DNA of 64,000 bases from an uncultured Alphaproteobacteria bacterium. GTDB lineage: Bacteria > Pseudomonadota > Alphaproteobacteria > Rhizobiales > Amorphaceae. Below, piece after piece: positions 54,281 to 64,000 of this stretch. The stretch spans positions 3,754,660 to 3,818,659 of the forward strand of contig OY969922.1 of NCBI GenBank assembly GCA_963704595.1, written 5' to 3'. The number at the start of each line of letters is the position of its first letter. Position 1 is the stretch's first letter. Made by a program: the position numbers and the translations under genes. The notes under the pieces are model-generated. The model made no database searches. It worked only from the letters and a program-made list of their open reading frames with translations, and had not been told where the DNA came from.

Positions 54281-56017
54281 ATGGCCTACACCGCCCCCAT
54301 CGCCGAACTCGTCTTCACGCTGGAGGAGGTGGCAGGCCTTGCCGAAGCGCGCGACGCCGGTGCCGCGGGCGACCTTTCGGCCGACGACACGCTGGCGATC
54401 CTCACCGAAGCCGGCCGGTTCGCAGAAGACGCGCTCGCCCCCCTCAACGCCGCCGGCGACCGCACCCATTCCCGCCGCGACGGCCGCGAGGTCACCACCC
54501 CGCCCGGCTGGCGCGAGGCTTACGCTGCGTGGATCGAGGGCGGCTGGGGCTCGCTCACCGGCGACCCGGAATTCGGCGGACAAGGCCTGCCGATGGCGCT
54601 GCAGGTCGCGGCGACCGACATCTGGAACCAGGCCAACGCCGCGTTCGCGCTCAATCCGCTCCTCACCATCGGCGCAGTCGAAGCCCTGCAGGCCCACGCC
54701 AGCGAGGCGCTGAAGAAGACATACCTGCCCAAACTGGTCGCCGGCACATGGACCGGCACGATGAACCTCACCGAACCGCACGCGGGGTCCGACCTCGGCG
54801 ACCTCAAGACCCGCGCCGAGCCGCAGGACGACGGCAGCCACCGCCTGTTCGGCCAGAAGATCTACATCACCTACGGCGAGCACGACCTTGCCGAGAACAT
54901 CATCCACATGGTGCTCGCCCGCCTGCCGGACGCCCCCGCCGGCACCCGTGGCATCTCGCTCTTCCTCGTGCCGAAATTCATGGTGGAGGCGGACGGCTCG
55001 CTTGGCGCCCGCAACGACGTCGCGTGCGTCGGCATCGAACAGAAGCTCGGCATCAACGCCTCGCCCACCTGCACCATGGTTTTCGGCGCGGACGGCGAGG
55101 GGGCGACAGGCTACCTCGTGGGCGAGCCCAACAAGGGCCTCGCCGCGATGTTCACCATGATGAACAATGCCAGGGTGCAGGTCGGCACGCAGGGCGCGGC
55201 CATCGGCGAGCGCGCCTTCCAGCAGGCGCTCGAGTACGCCGGCGAGCGGCGGCAGGGGCGCGCCACGGGGCAGGACGGGCCCGCCGCCATCGTCCACCAT
55301 CCGGACGTGAAGCGGATGCTCCTCACCATGCGCGCGCTTACCAGAGCCGCCCGCGCAATCTGCTACGCCTGCGCCGTCGCCATCGACCGCGGCCGCACCG
55401 ACCCCGCGTGGAAGGCGCGGGCCGACCTTCTCACCCCCGTCGCCAAGGCGTTCGCGACCGACATCGGCGTGGAGGTCGCCTCGCTCGGCGTGCAGGTCCA
55501 CGGCGGCATGGGCTTCATCGAGGAGACGGGCGCCGCGCAGCACTACCGCGACGCGCGGATCTTCCCGATCTACGAGGGCACCAACGGCATCCAGGCGATC
55601 GACCTCGTCCGCCGCAAGATCACGCTCGACGACGGCGCGGTGCTCGCCGCGTACCTCGCCGAACTGCGCGCCATCGCCGGGGATGCAAGGCGCGACAACA
55701 CGCTGGGCCTCGCAGGCGCCGCGGCAGCGCTCGAAACCGCCATCGACGCCGTTGCAGGCGCCGCCGATACACTGCGCGAGCGCCTCGGCACCGACCTCGA
55801 CGCAGCGCTCGCCGGCGCCACGCCGTTCCTGCGGGCGCTGGGGCTCACCGCGGGCGGCGCGTACCTCATCAAGGCCGCGCTGAAGGATGCCGACGGCGGA
55901 CCGGCCCGCGCGGGTCTCGCCCGCTTCTTCGCCGATGGCCCGCTCGCCGCCGTCACCGCGTATACCCATGCCGCGACCGAGGGCGCGGCGGACGTGATGG
56001 ACGCCATCTTCGCCTGA
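54281..56017 (+). CDS. Acyl-CoA dehydrogenase family protein (long form with C-terminal extension)
   Basis: ACAD N-terminal, middle and C-terminal domains (YITYGEHD, IYEGTNGIQA). Confidence 0.88.
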   Translation: MAYTAPIAELVFTLEEVAGLAEARDAGAAGDLSADDTLAILTEAGRFAEDALAPLNAAGDRTHSRRDGREVTTPPGWREAYAAWIEGGWGSLTGDPEFGGQGLPMALQVAATDIWNQANAAFALNPLLTIGAVEALQAHASEALKKTYLPKLVAGTWTGTMNLTEPHAGSDLGDLKTRAEPQDDGSHRLFGQKIYITYGEHDLAENIIHMVLARLPDAPAGTRGISLFLVPKFMVEADGSLGARNDVACVGIEQKLGINASPTCTMVFGADGEGATGYLVGEPNKGLAAMFTMMNNARVQVGTQGAAIGERAFQQALEYAGERRQGRATGQDGPAAIVHHPDVKRMLLTMRALTRAARAICYACAVAIDRGRTDPAWKARADLLTPVAKAFATDIGVEVASLGVQVHGGMGFIEETGAAQHYRDARIFPIYEGTNGIQAIDLVRRKITLDDGAVLAAYLAELRAIAGDARRDNTLGLAGAAAALETAIDAVAGAADTLRERLGTDLDAALAGATPFLRALGLTAGGAYLIKAALKDADGGPARAGLARFFADGPLAAVTAYTHAATEGAADVMDAIFA

Positions 56018-56091
56018 CCGCCCGGCCGCATTGACGCTGCTCGGGCCTTGTCCTTAATGCGGGCAACCAGAATTCCAGGAGGAGCGAGACC

Positions 56092-57369
56092 ATGGCGGAC
56101 CAACCCGGTTTCAACACGCGCGCGATCCACGCCGGCGCACAGCCCGACCCGACGACGGGCGCGCGGGCGACCCCGATCTACCAGACCACCTCCTTCGTGT
56201 TCGACGACGTCGACCACGCCGCGTCCCTCTTCGGCCTGCAGGCGTTCGGCAACATCTATACGCGCATCACCAACCCCACCAACGCTGTGCTGGAAGAGCG
56301 CGTCGCGGCGCTTGAGGGCGGCACCGCAGCGCTCGCAGTCGCCTCCGGCCATGCCGCGCAGATGATCGTGATGCACACGCTGATGCAGCCCGGCGACGAG
56401 TTCGTCGCGTCCTCCAAGCTTTATGGCGGGTCCATCAACCAGTTCACCCACGCCTTCAAGAACTACGGCTGGACCGTGAAGTGGGCCGACGCGGACGACC
56501 CCTCCTCCTTCGCCGCCGCTATCACGCCGAAGACCAAGGCAATCTTTGTCGAATCCATCGCCAACCCCGGCGGCGTCATCACCGACCTCGACGCCATCGC
56601 CAAGGTCGCCAAGGACGCCAACGTCCCGCTGATCGTAGACAGCACCATGGCGACGCCCTACCTCATCCGCCCGTTCGAGCATGGCGCGGACATTGTGGTC
56701 CATTCGGCGACCAAGTTCCTCGGCGGGCACGGCAATTCAATCGCGGGCGTGATCGTCGACGGCGGGACGTTCAACTGGGCGGGCGACAAGCGCTACCCCA
56801 TGCTGTCCGAGCCGCGGCCGGAATATGACGGGATGGTGCTGGCCGAGACCTTCGGCAACTTCGCGTTCGCCATTGCCTGCCGCGTCCTCGGCCTGCGCGA
56901 TCTCGGCCCCGCCCTGTCGCCGATGAACGCGTTCCTGGTGCTGACGGGCATCGAGACGCTGCCGCTCAGAATGCAGCGCCACTGCGAGAACGCGCTCGCC
57001 GTCGCACAGTACCTCGACGCGCACGAAAAGGTCTCGTGGGTGAGCTACCCCGGCCTGCCGGGCGACAAATACCACAACCTTGCCCGCAAATACTGCCCGA
57101 ACGGCGCGGGTGCGGTGTTCACCTTCGGCCTGAAGGACGGATACGACGCCGGCGTCTCGCTGGTCTCGAACCTCAAGCTGTTCTCGCACCTCGCCAACAT
57201 CGGCGACACGCGCAGCCTGGTGATCCACCCCGCCTCCACAACCCACCGCCAGCTTGCCGACGAGGCCAAGAAGTCCGCCGGCGCAGGGCCGGACGTGGTG
57301 CGCATCTCTGTCGGCATCGAGGATGTCGCCGACATCATCGCCGACCTCGAGCAGGCTCTGGCAGTCTGA
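56092..57369 (+). CDS. metY: O-acetylhomoserine aminocarboxypropyltransferase (sulfhydrylase), PLP-dependent
   Basis: Cys/Met-metabolism PLP family; [13 protein letters not shown] lysine motif. Confidence 0.92.
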   Translation: MADQPGFNTRAIHAGAQPDPTTGARATPIYQTTSFVFDDVDHAASLFGLQAFGNIYTRITNPTNAVLEERVAALEGGTAALAVASGHAAQMIVMHTLMQPGDEFVASSKLYGGSINQFTHAFKNYGWTVKWADADDPSSFAAAITPKTKAIFVESIANPGGVITDLDAIAKVAKDANVPLIVDSTMATPYLIRPFEHGADIVVHSATKFLGGHGNSIAGVIVDGGTFNWAGDKRYPMLSEPRPEYDGMVLAETFGNFAFAIACRVLGLRDLGPALSPMNAFLVLTGIETLPLRMQRHCENALAVAQYLDAHEKVSWVSYPGLPGDKYHNLARKYCPNGAGAVFTFGLKDGYDAGVSLVSNLKLFSHLANIGDTRSLVIHPASTTHRQLADEAKKSAGAGPDVVRISVGIEDVADIIADLEQALAV

Positions 57370-57373
57370 TATC

Positions 57374-57398
57374 ATCGGCCCGCGTGCACCGCACGCGG
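57374..57398 (+). terminator. Perfect 11-bp GC hairpin (ggcccgcgtgc-acc-gcacgcgggcc) after metY, without a T-run
   Basis: Read directly. Confidence 0.45.
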
Positions 57399-57465
57399 GC
57401 CGTTACGGCTTCGGCGCGCAGACAATAACGCCATCACGTAATATTATGACGAAATTCGGTCGTAA

Positions 57466-57502
57466 AAATATCATCTCTTGCTTGCCGCACAACCAGTGAG
57501 CG
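57466..57502 (+). promoter_or_regulatory. Candidate sigma-70 promoter (TTGCCG - 18 nt - TAGAAT) in an AT-rich spacer
   Basis: The only markedly AT-rich stretch in this neighbourhood; near-consensus hexamers upstream of the secreted-protein gene. Confidence 0.4.
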
Positions 57503-57539
57503 CGCTAGAATCGTGAAAACACCGCAAGAGGTTTTCCCG

Positions 57540-58340
57540 ATGATCGATATTGGCAAGTTGTTGTCCCTCGCCGCAGTGGGGGCTATGCTTACCGTTGCCG
57601 CCCCCGCTTTCGCGCAGGACCTTTGCACCGGCTACGGCCCGCAGACCCCGCGGGACATTTCGAGCGCCGCCGGCTCGAACATGAGCGCGCTTCCGACCGC
57701 GCCCGACTCCACCGCCATGAACCTTTGCAACATCCACTTCCACGTCAACGCCGAGCACAAGGGCCCCGGCTTCAACGTCGCGTCCGCCAGCGCCGACAAG
57801 CCCGGCTTCAACTGCGCGGGCGCAGAAACGCTGACCGAGGCCGAGCTTGCCGCCGCCGAGGCAGGATCGGGGGCCGAAGCCTGCCACGGCGTCGGCCCCG
57901 GCGACACGCTGGAGGTCCACTGGGTCTACACCTCGTGTGACGTGCAGCCCGGCGAAGGCCTCGGCGCCTGCTCGTCGGCGGCATGCGTGAACCCGACCCT
58001 GCGCGTCGAGAGCCAGATCTTCCTCGCGGTCAACGGCGGCGACGGCCTCGACTTCTCGGCGTTCGACTACCAGGGCGGCGGCGACCGGCCCCAGCCGGCG
58101 AGCCTTCCCGCCGACACCGGCACTCCGGTTGTATTCGCTGGCTCCACAACCGGCCCGTCGTACACCGAGGCGCAGTGCTCCCCCCTCAACGTCACCTGGA
58201 GCGTCCGGCCGCAGTGCGCCAAGGTCGACATCAACAGCCTCAACGCCTGGTGCAGCGACAACGTCTTCAACGAAGACCACGCCCACGGCGTGCGCGAGCT
58301 GGTCACCGCCCCCGAGCTCCTAGCCCCGATCTCCAACTGA
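57540..58340 (+). CDS. Secreted cysteine-rich hypothetical protein (HFHVNAEH motif; possible delta-class carbonic-anhydrase-like)
   Basis: Signal peptide MIDIGKLLSLAAVGAMLTVAAPAFAQ; about 10 Cys; family assignment tentative. Confidence 0.55.
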   Translation: MIDIGKLLSLAAVGAMLTVAAPAFAQDLCTGYGPQTPRDISSAAGSNMSALPTAPDSTAMNLCNIHFHVNAEHKGPGFNVASASADKPGFNCAGAETLTEAELAAAEAGSGAEACHGVGPGDTLEVHWVYTSCDVQPGEGLGACSSAACVNPTLRVESQIFLAVNGGDGLDFSAFDYQGGGDRPQPASLPADTGTPVVFAGSTTGPSYTEAQCSPLNVTWSVRPQCAKVDINSLNAWCSDNVFNEDHAHGVRELVTAPELLAPISN

Positions 58341-58361
58341 TCCAGCCGGGGTCTCGAACGC

Positions 58362-58397
58362 AAAACGCCGCCCCGGGCAACCGAGGCGGCGTTTTTT
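58362..58397 (+). terminator. Rho-independent terminator (aaaacgccgcc-ccgggcaaccga-ggcggcgtttttt), bidirectional, between the secreted-protein gene and typA
   Basis: Read directly. Confidence 0.8.
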
Positions 58398-58446
58398 GTA
58401 TGGGCGGAAGGACCGCGCCGGACAGGCGCGACCGGCCGGGTCTTTG

Positions 58447-60316
58447 CTACGCTGCGTTCTCGGAAACGGCGCTGCGCTCGGCGCGCTTGCGGTCGTTCGG
58501 GTCGAGGTGGATCTTGCGCAGGCGGATGTTCTTCGGCGTCACTTCGACGAGCTCGAAGTCGTTGATGTAGCTCAGCGCACGCTCGAGGCTCATGCGGATC
58601 GGCGGGGTCAGCTTCACCGCGTCGTCCTTGCCGGACGCGCGCATGTTGGTGAGCTGCTTGCCCTTGATCACGTTGACCTCGAGGTCGTTGCCGCGGGTGT
58701 GCTCGCCCACGATCATCCCGCGATAGACCGTCGTGCCGGGCTCGATGAACATCGGCCCGCGGTCTTCGAGGTTGAACATCGCGAACGCAACCGCGTCGCC
58801 GTCCGCGTTGGCGATCAGGACGCCTGTGTGGCGGGTCGGGATCGCGCCCTTGTGCGGCACGTATTCGTGGAACACGCGGTTCATGATGCCGGTGCCGCGC
58901 GTGTCGGACAGGAGCTCGCCCTGGTAGCCGATGAGCCCGCGCGTCGGCGCGTGGAGAACGATGCGGGTGCGGCCCGCGCCGGACGGCTTCATCTCGACGA
59001 GATCAGCCTTGCGCTCGGACAGCTTCTGGATGACGGAGCCCGAATGCTCGTCGTCCACGTCGATGGTGACTTCCTCGATCGGCTCCAGCAGCGAGCCGTC
59101 CTCGGCCTTCTGCATCACCACCTCGGGGCGCGACACGCCGACCTCGAAACCCTCGCGGCGCATGGTCTCGATCAGGATGCCGAGCTGCAGTTCGCCGCGG
59201 CCGGCGACCACGAACGCCTCGCCGCGAGTCGGTGTCCGTGACGCGGAGCGCGACGTTGCCTTCCGCCTCACGGATGAGGCGGTTGCGGATGACGCGGCTC
59301 TGCACCTTGTCGCCCTCGGTGCCCGCCAGCGGCGAATCGTTGACGCGGAAGGTCATCGCCAGCGTCGGCGGGTCGATCGGCTGCGCCGGGATCGCCTCGG
59401 TGACGGAAGTCGCGACGATGGTGTCGGCCACGGTCGCCTTGGTGAGGCCGGTCAGCGAGACGATATCGCCCGCGCGGCCTTCCTCGACCGGAACGCGTTC
59501 GAGCCCGCGGAACGCCAGCACCTTGGACACGCGGCCCATCTCGACCACGTCGCCGTTGCGCGCCAGAGCCTTGACGCTCTGGTTCGGCTTCACGGTGCCC
59601 GACGTGATGCGGCCGGTCAGCATCCGGCCGAGGAACGGGTCGGCCGCGATGGTGGTGGTGAGCATGCGGAACTCGCCCTCTTCCACCGTCGGCTCCGGCA
59701 GGTGCTCGACGATGAGGTCGAGCAGCGGAGCGGTGCCGCGCGAGGTGTCTTCCGGCTTGTCCTTCGGGTCGAGCGCCATCCAGCCCTGCTTGGCGCTGCC
59801 GTACAGGATCGGAAAGTCGAGCTGCTCGTCGGTGGCGCCGAGGGCGTCGAACAGCTCGAACACCTCGTCGATCACTTCCTCGTGCCGCTCTTCCGGCTTG
59901 TCGATCTTGTTGATCGCGACGATCGGCCGGAGGCCCATCTTGAGCGCCTTGCCGACCACGAACTTGGTCTGCGGCATGGGGCCTTCGGCGGCATCCACCA
60001 GGACGACAGCGCCGTCGACCATGGAGAGGATGCGCTCGACCTCGCCGCCGAAGTCGGCGTGGCCGGGGGTGTCGACGATGTTGATGCGGGTCGGCGGGGT
60101 CTTGTCGCTTTCCCACTCGATGCTGGTGACCTTGGCCAGGATCGTGATGCCACGCTCCTTCTCAAGGTCGTTGGAGTCCATCGCGCGCTCAGCGACCCGC
60201 TGGTTGTCACGGAACGAACCGGACTGGCGCAGGAGAACGTCGATCAGCGAAGTCTTGCCATGGTCAACGTGCGCGATAATGGCGACGTTGCGCAGAGCGC
60301 GGCGTGCGGAATTCAT
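58447..60316 (-). CDS. typA: Translational GTPase TypA/BipA, 1-nt frame shift near 59240
   Basis: G1-G4 motifs AHVDHGKT, DTPGH, NKID; ORF 59003..60316 shifts after RVTDTDS into ORF 58447..59271 (GEAFVVAGRGELQLGILIE). Confidence 0.9.
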
Positions 60317-60405
60317 GAAGCGTGTGCCAACAATATTTTGGATAGGCCCGCGTTGCCACGGACCGGGCCGAAAAGCCAGCGTTATTTCCGCAAGGCAGCT
60401 ACGCG

Positions 60406-61290
60406 TCAGCGCAGAAGAGCCCGGATCTCGGCAACGATGTCACCCGCGTGGCTCCACGGCAAGGCCCCGCCGCCGTCCTCGGCCACGACGTGCCGCGCGC
60501 CCCGGATCCTCGCGGCAAGCCCCGCCCCCGCGCCCGCGGCATGCACCGGGCTGGTGTCCCCCCGCCCCGCCAACACGGTGACGGGCACCGCAATCGCGGC
60601 GAGGTCGAACGGCCAGCGCGTCATCGCGACGCGCGTGTCTCGCGCGTAGCCCGCCCCGCCGGCGGCAAACCCTTCGCGGATCGCCGTGCGCAACATGCTC
60701 GCGAACGGCTCGGCATCATAGAGCGCGCGGTCGGCCGCGGCCGCGGTCCGCGCGATGATCGCGGCGAGGCCGGCGGGATCGGCAGCACCGGCGAGGAAGG
60801 CCTCGGTCTCGTCCGGCGTCTCGCTCATCGCGGCGGCGAATGCGGCGACCTCCTGCGGCAGCGCGGCGCGAACGTCCTCGCGCGCAACCTCGTCCTGCGG
60901 CGCCACCAGAAGCGCGGCGCGGGCGACGCCTTGCGCCGCGAGCGCCAGCGCGAACGGCGCCCCTTGCGAATAGCCCACCGCCACCGGGCGGACGTCGCCA
61001 TAGAGCGCGGCAACGTCGGCCGCGACGCTGGCGAGTGACTTGGCGGGATCGTGGGAGGAAAGGCCGAGCCCCGGCCGGTCGATGGCGCGGACTGCGAGCC
61101 CGCCCGCCTCCAGCGCGCCCTCGGGCAGGCAGAGCGAACCGCTCATCCCCGCGCCGGGAAGGAAGACCACCGGCGTGCCGCCAGAGGGGCCGAACGCGGC
61201 AAAGGCGAGCGTCCGCCCGTCCGGCAGGACGACCGTGCTGCGGCGCGGATCGCCGAACGGGACGAAGGAGGCTGTCTCGGCTGCGTTCAT
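60406..61290 (-). CDS. Alpha/beta hydrolase
   Basis: GYSQG nucleophile elbow; start at MNAAET. Confidence 0.75.
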   Translation of the reverse strand: MNAAETASFVPFGDPRRSTVVLPDGRTLAFAAFGPSGGTPVVFLPGAGMSGSLCLPEGALEAGGLAVRAIDRPGLGLSSHDPAKSLASVAADVAALYGDVRPVAVGYSQGAPFALALAAQGVARAALLVAPQDEVAREDVRAALPQEVAAFAAAMSETPDETEAFLAGAADPAGLAAIIARTAAAADRALYDAEPFASMLRTAIREGFAAGGAGYARDTRVAMTRWPFDLAAIAVPVTVLAGRGDTSPVHAAGAGAGLAARIRGARHVVAEDGGGALPWSHAGDIVAEIRALLR

Positions 61291-61438
61291 GGCGCTGCGC
61301 ATGCCGCGAAAGGCGCTTCCGTTGCAACAGCATTTTGCACGGTGGGTGGCAGCCGAAGGGGCCGCAGGCGGCCCCTTTTGCGAACCAAAGGCGCTGCGGG
61401 CCGTTCTTTCTCAATTGAACAACAGATGGAGCTTCGCA

Positions 61439-61942
61439 ATGCAGGCTACCCGTACGCTCATTCTCGGCGCCCTGATGACCTCGCTCGCCGCCCCGGCGCT
61501 GGCGCAGACCAACGTCGAGGTCGTGGCGCCGGAGGGCGTCGAGGTCGCGGCGCCCGAAGGCGTCGAGGTCGTGTCCCCCGGCGAGACCGTCGCAGCCAAT
61601 TCCGGCGACATCGGCCAGGCGCCTGTCGTCGACGCCGAGAACCTCGTCGAGCTCGACGGCGACTTCGTGCTGCCGGGGCTCAATGTCCCGGTGAGGGCCC
61701 TCGACGACTACGACCTCGTCGACCGCAACGGCGAAGACCTCGGCGAAGTCGAGGAAGTGCTGGGGCCGAACGAGATGACCGCGACTGCCGTCGCGATTGA
61801 GTTCGACGGTCCCGGCTGGTTCTTCAACGACGCCGACGTGACCCGGGTGGTCGACATCGACATGCTGTCGATCGAAGGCGACAAGCTCGTCCTCGACATC
61901 ACCGAGGACAACGTGCGCGCGCTGCCGGTCTACCGGGACTAG
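61439..61942 (+). CDS. Secreted PRC-barrel-like domain protein with an N-terminal (V/A)PEGVEV triple repeat
   Basis: Signal peptide MQATRTLILGALMTSLAAPALAQ; 21-bp x3 DNA repeat at 61513..61585; C-terminal part resembles a PRC barrel. Confidence 0.55.
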   Translation: MQATRTLILGALMTSLAAPALAQTNVEVVAPEGVEVAAPEGVEVVSPGETVAANSGDIGQAPVVDAENLVELDGDFVLPGLNVPVRALDDYDLVDRNGEDLGEVEEVLGPNEMTATAVAIEFDGPGWFFNDADVTRVVDIDMLSIEGDKLVLDITEDNVRALPVYRD

Positions 61943-62995
61943 CGGGCGGGCACGGCCTCCACGGCAATTGCACGCGGCGCGCCCGACAAGGCGCGCCGCA
62001 AGCACGACAGCGGCCCAGAGCGTGATCGCCGCAGTCACCTGATGCGCCCCGGCAAGCACCGGCGGCACCTGATGAAGCACCACCATGATCCCCGACAGCG
62101 CCTGCACGGCGATCAGCGCAAGCACCAGGCTCGCCTGCCGCCTTGGGCTGCCGGGCGCGCCGCTGACGGGTGCGCGCCATGCGAGCACGGCATGGACCAG
62201 GGCAAGCAGCAGCACAGCGTAGCCGACCATCCGGTGGTCGAACTGCACCGTCAGCGGGTTTTCGAAGATGTTGAGCCATGCCGGGGTGATGGCGAGGAGC
62301 CCGTCCGGCACGAGCTTTCCGCCCATCGTCGGCCACGTGTCGCTGGCAAGCCCCGCGTCGAGGCCGGCGACCAGCGCGCCGAGCGCGATCTGGGCGAGGA
62401 GCGCGAACGGCAGCGCGACACCCGTTGCCCGCACCGCACGCGGCACCACGCTGCGCCCCGCACGGCCCGCGAGCCGCTCCGACAGCCACACCGTGAACGA
62501 GAGGATGATGCAGGCGATGCTGAGGTGAACCGCGAGCCGGTAGTGGCTCACGTCGACGCGCTCCGTCAGCCCCGACGTCACCATCCACCAGCCGACGAAG
62601 CCCTGCAGGCCGCCAAGCGCGAGGAGGAGCACGCCCCACGGCTTGAACCAGCCCGGCAGCATCCCGCGCAGCCAGAACACGATGAACGGCAGGAGAAAGA
62701 CGAGGCCGATGGTCCGCGCCACCAGCCGGTGCGCCCATTCCCACAGATAGATCGTCTGGAATTCGCCGAGGCTCATGCCCTTGTTGATGAGCTGGTACTC
62801 GGGGATCTGCCGGTACATCTCGAGCGCATCCTGCCAGCCCTTCTCGGTCAGCGGCGGAATGACGCCGAGCAGCGGCTTCCACTCGGTGATCGAGAGGCCC
62901 GAAATCGGTGATGCGCGTGGCGCCCCCCACGACGAGGGTCGCCACAACGAAAAGGGCCACGATCCGCAGCCACCAGACAATCGCAGGATTTTCAC
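61940..62995 (-). CDS. ctaA: Heme A synthase (COX15/CtaA), 1-nt frame shift near 62905 (TTT run); C-terminal end uncertain
   Basis: MSENPAIVWWLRIVALFVVATLVVGGATRIT then a shift into SGLSITEWKPLLGVIPPL ... EWAHRL ...; conserved His in TM helices. Confidence 0.85.
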
Positions 62996-63180
62996 TCATG
63001 GGGATGGCTCTACTCCCGATCCGCGCGGAAAACCAAGCGGGCGGTGCGCGGAAAAAGTGTCGCGCGGCAGGCGGGCGGTGGCAGCCCCGGCACCTTCTGA
63101 GCTAAGGACGCTGGTGCGCCACGGTGGCGGGCCGGCGCCACTGTGTTAGGCGGCGGCGATCAAGCGGGGACTGACAGGCA

Positions 63181-63411
63181 ATGAATGTGCGGCTGAAGAA
63201 GCTGATCGGCACGCTGGTGACGGTCGTTTTCCTAATTGTCTACTGCTTTGCCGTGATGCTTCTGGCGGTGCGTCTCCTCCCCGGCACCAATGGCTGGACA
63301 CAGCTTCTCTACTACACCGTGACGGGCCTCATCTGGATCGTGCCCGTCGGCGCGCTCATCAAGTGGATGCAGACGCCGCCCTCCCGCGTGGGGCGCCCTC
63401 CTCGCGCATGA
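63181..63411 (+). CDS. DUF2842 small membrane protein
   Basis: 76 aa, two TM helices; typical ctaA neighbour in alphaproteobacteria. Confidence 0.6.
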   Translation: MNVRLKKLIGTLVTVVFLIVYCFAVMLLAVRLLPGTNGWTQLLYYTVTGLIWIVPVGALIKWMQTPPSRVGRPPRA

Positions 63412-63844
63412 GCGCAGCGGTTGCCCTGATCGCCGCCGCGAGCAGCATCATCACGAGACCGGAAAGAAGCGTCGCCGCGACCGCTGTTGCCACATAGACG
63501 GCGGCGCCACCGGACGCGCGGCTTTCCACAGCCAGGCGCGGCAGCAGGCCGGCGTGCTCGAGGTTGGTGCGGACCGCGCCGGCCACGCTGCGCCCGGCAG
63601 CGCCGTCGGCGGTGAAGACGCGCAGCCTCAGCCCCTGCGGGATCTCGGTGAGGGAGATGGAAACCGCGTGGCCTGCGGCGCTCGTGGCGTCGCGTACGGC
63701 GGCCTCGCGTGCCGCGTCACTCAGGGTGTGTGCGGCGTAGAGGTCGATCTGGAGTGCGGGGGTGGCGCCCATGCGCAGCGTCGCCGCCGTCAGGCAGACG
63801 GCGAGGGTCAGCACGACGTAGAGGGTGAAACGGAGGGTCATCAT
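63359..63844 (-). CDS. Hypothetical membrane/secreted protein
   Basis: 161-aa ORF with N- and C-terminal hydrophobic segments; converges on and overlaps DUF2842 by ~50 nt; could be a GC artefact. Confidence 0.3.
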   Translation of the reverse strand: MMTLRFTLYVVLTLAVCLTAATLRMGATPALQIDLYAAHTLSDAAREAAVRDATSAAGHAVSISLTEIPQGLRLRVFTADGAAGRSVAGAVRTNLEHAGLLPRLAVESRASGGAAVYVATAVAATLLSGLVMMLLAAAIRATAALMREEGAPRGRAASAST

Positions 63845-64000
63845 CGTGGTCGTCCCGTCGGTTGGTTTCCCGACGGTGCATCATGATGGTTAATCCGGCC
63901 TTGCCACGATCCGCTTCTTTGAAAAGATCGACCGGCACCCCGTTTTTAAGCGCTTGCAGCGAGGACCATTAGGCGCTAGCTACGGCCCCAGCGTCGGAGC

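Noticed and set aside
56018-56091. SAM riboswitch (SAM-II) upstream of metY
   Set aside because: The spacer is only ~75 nt and I could not identify the SAM-II pseudoknot or AAAGCU-type elements. Not supported without a covariance-model search.

Overview
High-GC (~68-70%) alphaproteobacterial chromosome segment, Rhizobiales/Hyphomicrobiales-like. The tmRNA tag ANDNYAEARLAA and the conserved ratA-lipA, hflKC-DUF2065, folA-thyA and ctaA-DUF2842 neighbourhoods support that placement. Gene content is mostly housekeeping: alaX, sseA, lipA, pyrE/pyrD/pyrK, atpHAG, kdsD-kdsA, degP, hflKC, folA-thyA, a polyamine-type ABC importer, rlmD/tlyA, sco, xseB, tsaC/sua5, metY, typA and ctaA. There is also one tRNA-Gly(CCC) and a two-piece permuted tmRNA (ssrA), which the ORF track cannot show, immediately followed by sspB. 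I found no integrase, transposase, CRISPR array, phage genes or recognisable defence-system genes, so there is no clear mobile or defence island. The most notable loci are: (1) a NavAb-like voltage-gated Na+ channel gene clustered with a stand-alone periplasmic Cache-like protein and a chemoreceptor; (2) ssrA-sspB linkage; (3) an atpHAG cluster that ends at a terminator with no atpDC downstream; (4) two loci where the 3' end of a gene plus its terminator is tandemly duplicated; (5) several secreted proteins with internal repeats or unusual signal peptides. At least 12 genes, including essential ones, are split by single-nucleotide frame shifts, often at short homopolymers. This looks like sequencing or assembly error rather than biology. 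My own base counting disagreed with the ORF track by +/-1 nt in places, so coordinates I derived by hand carry that uncertainty.
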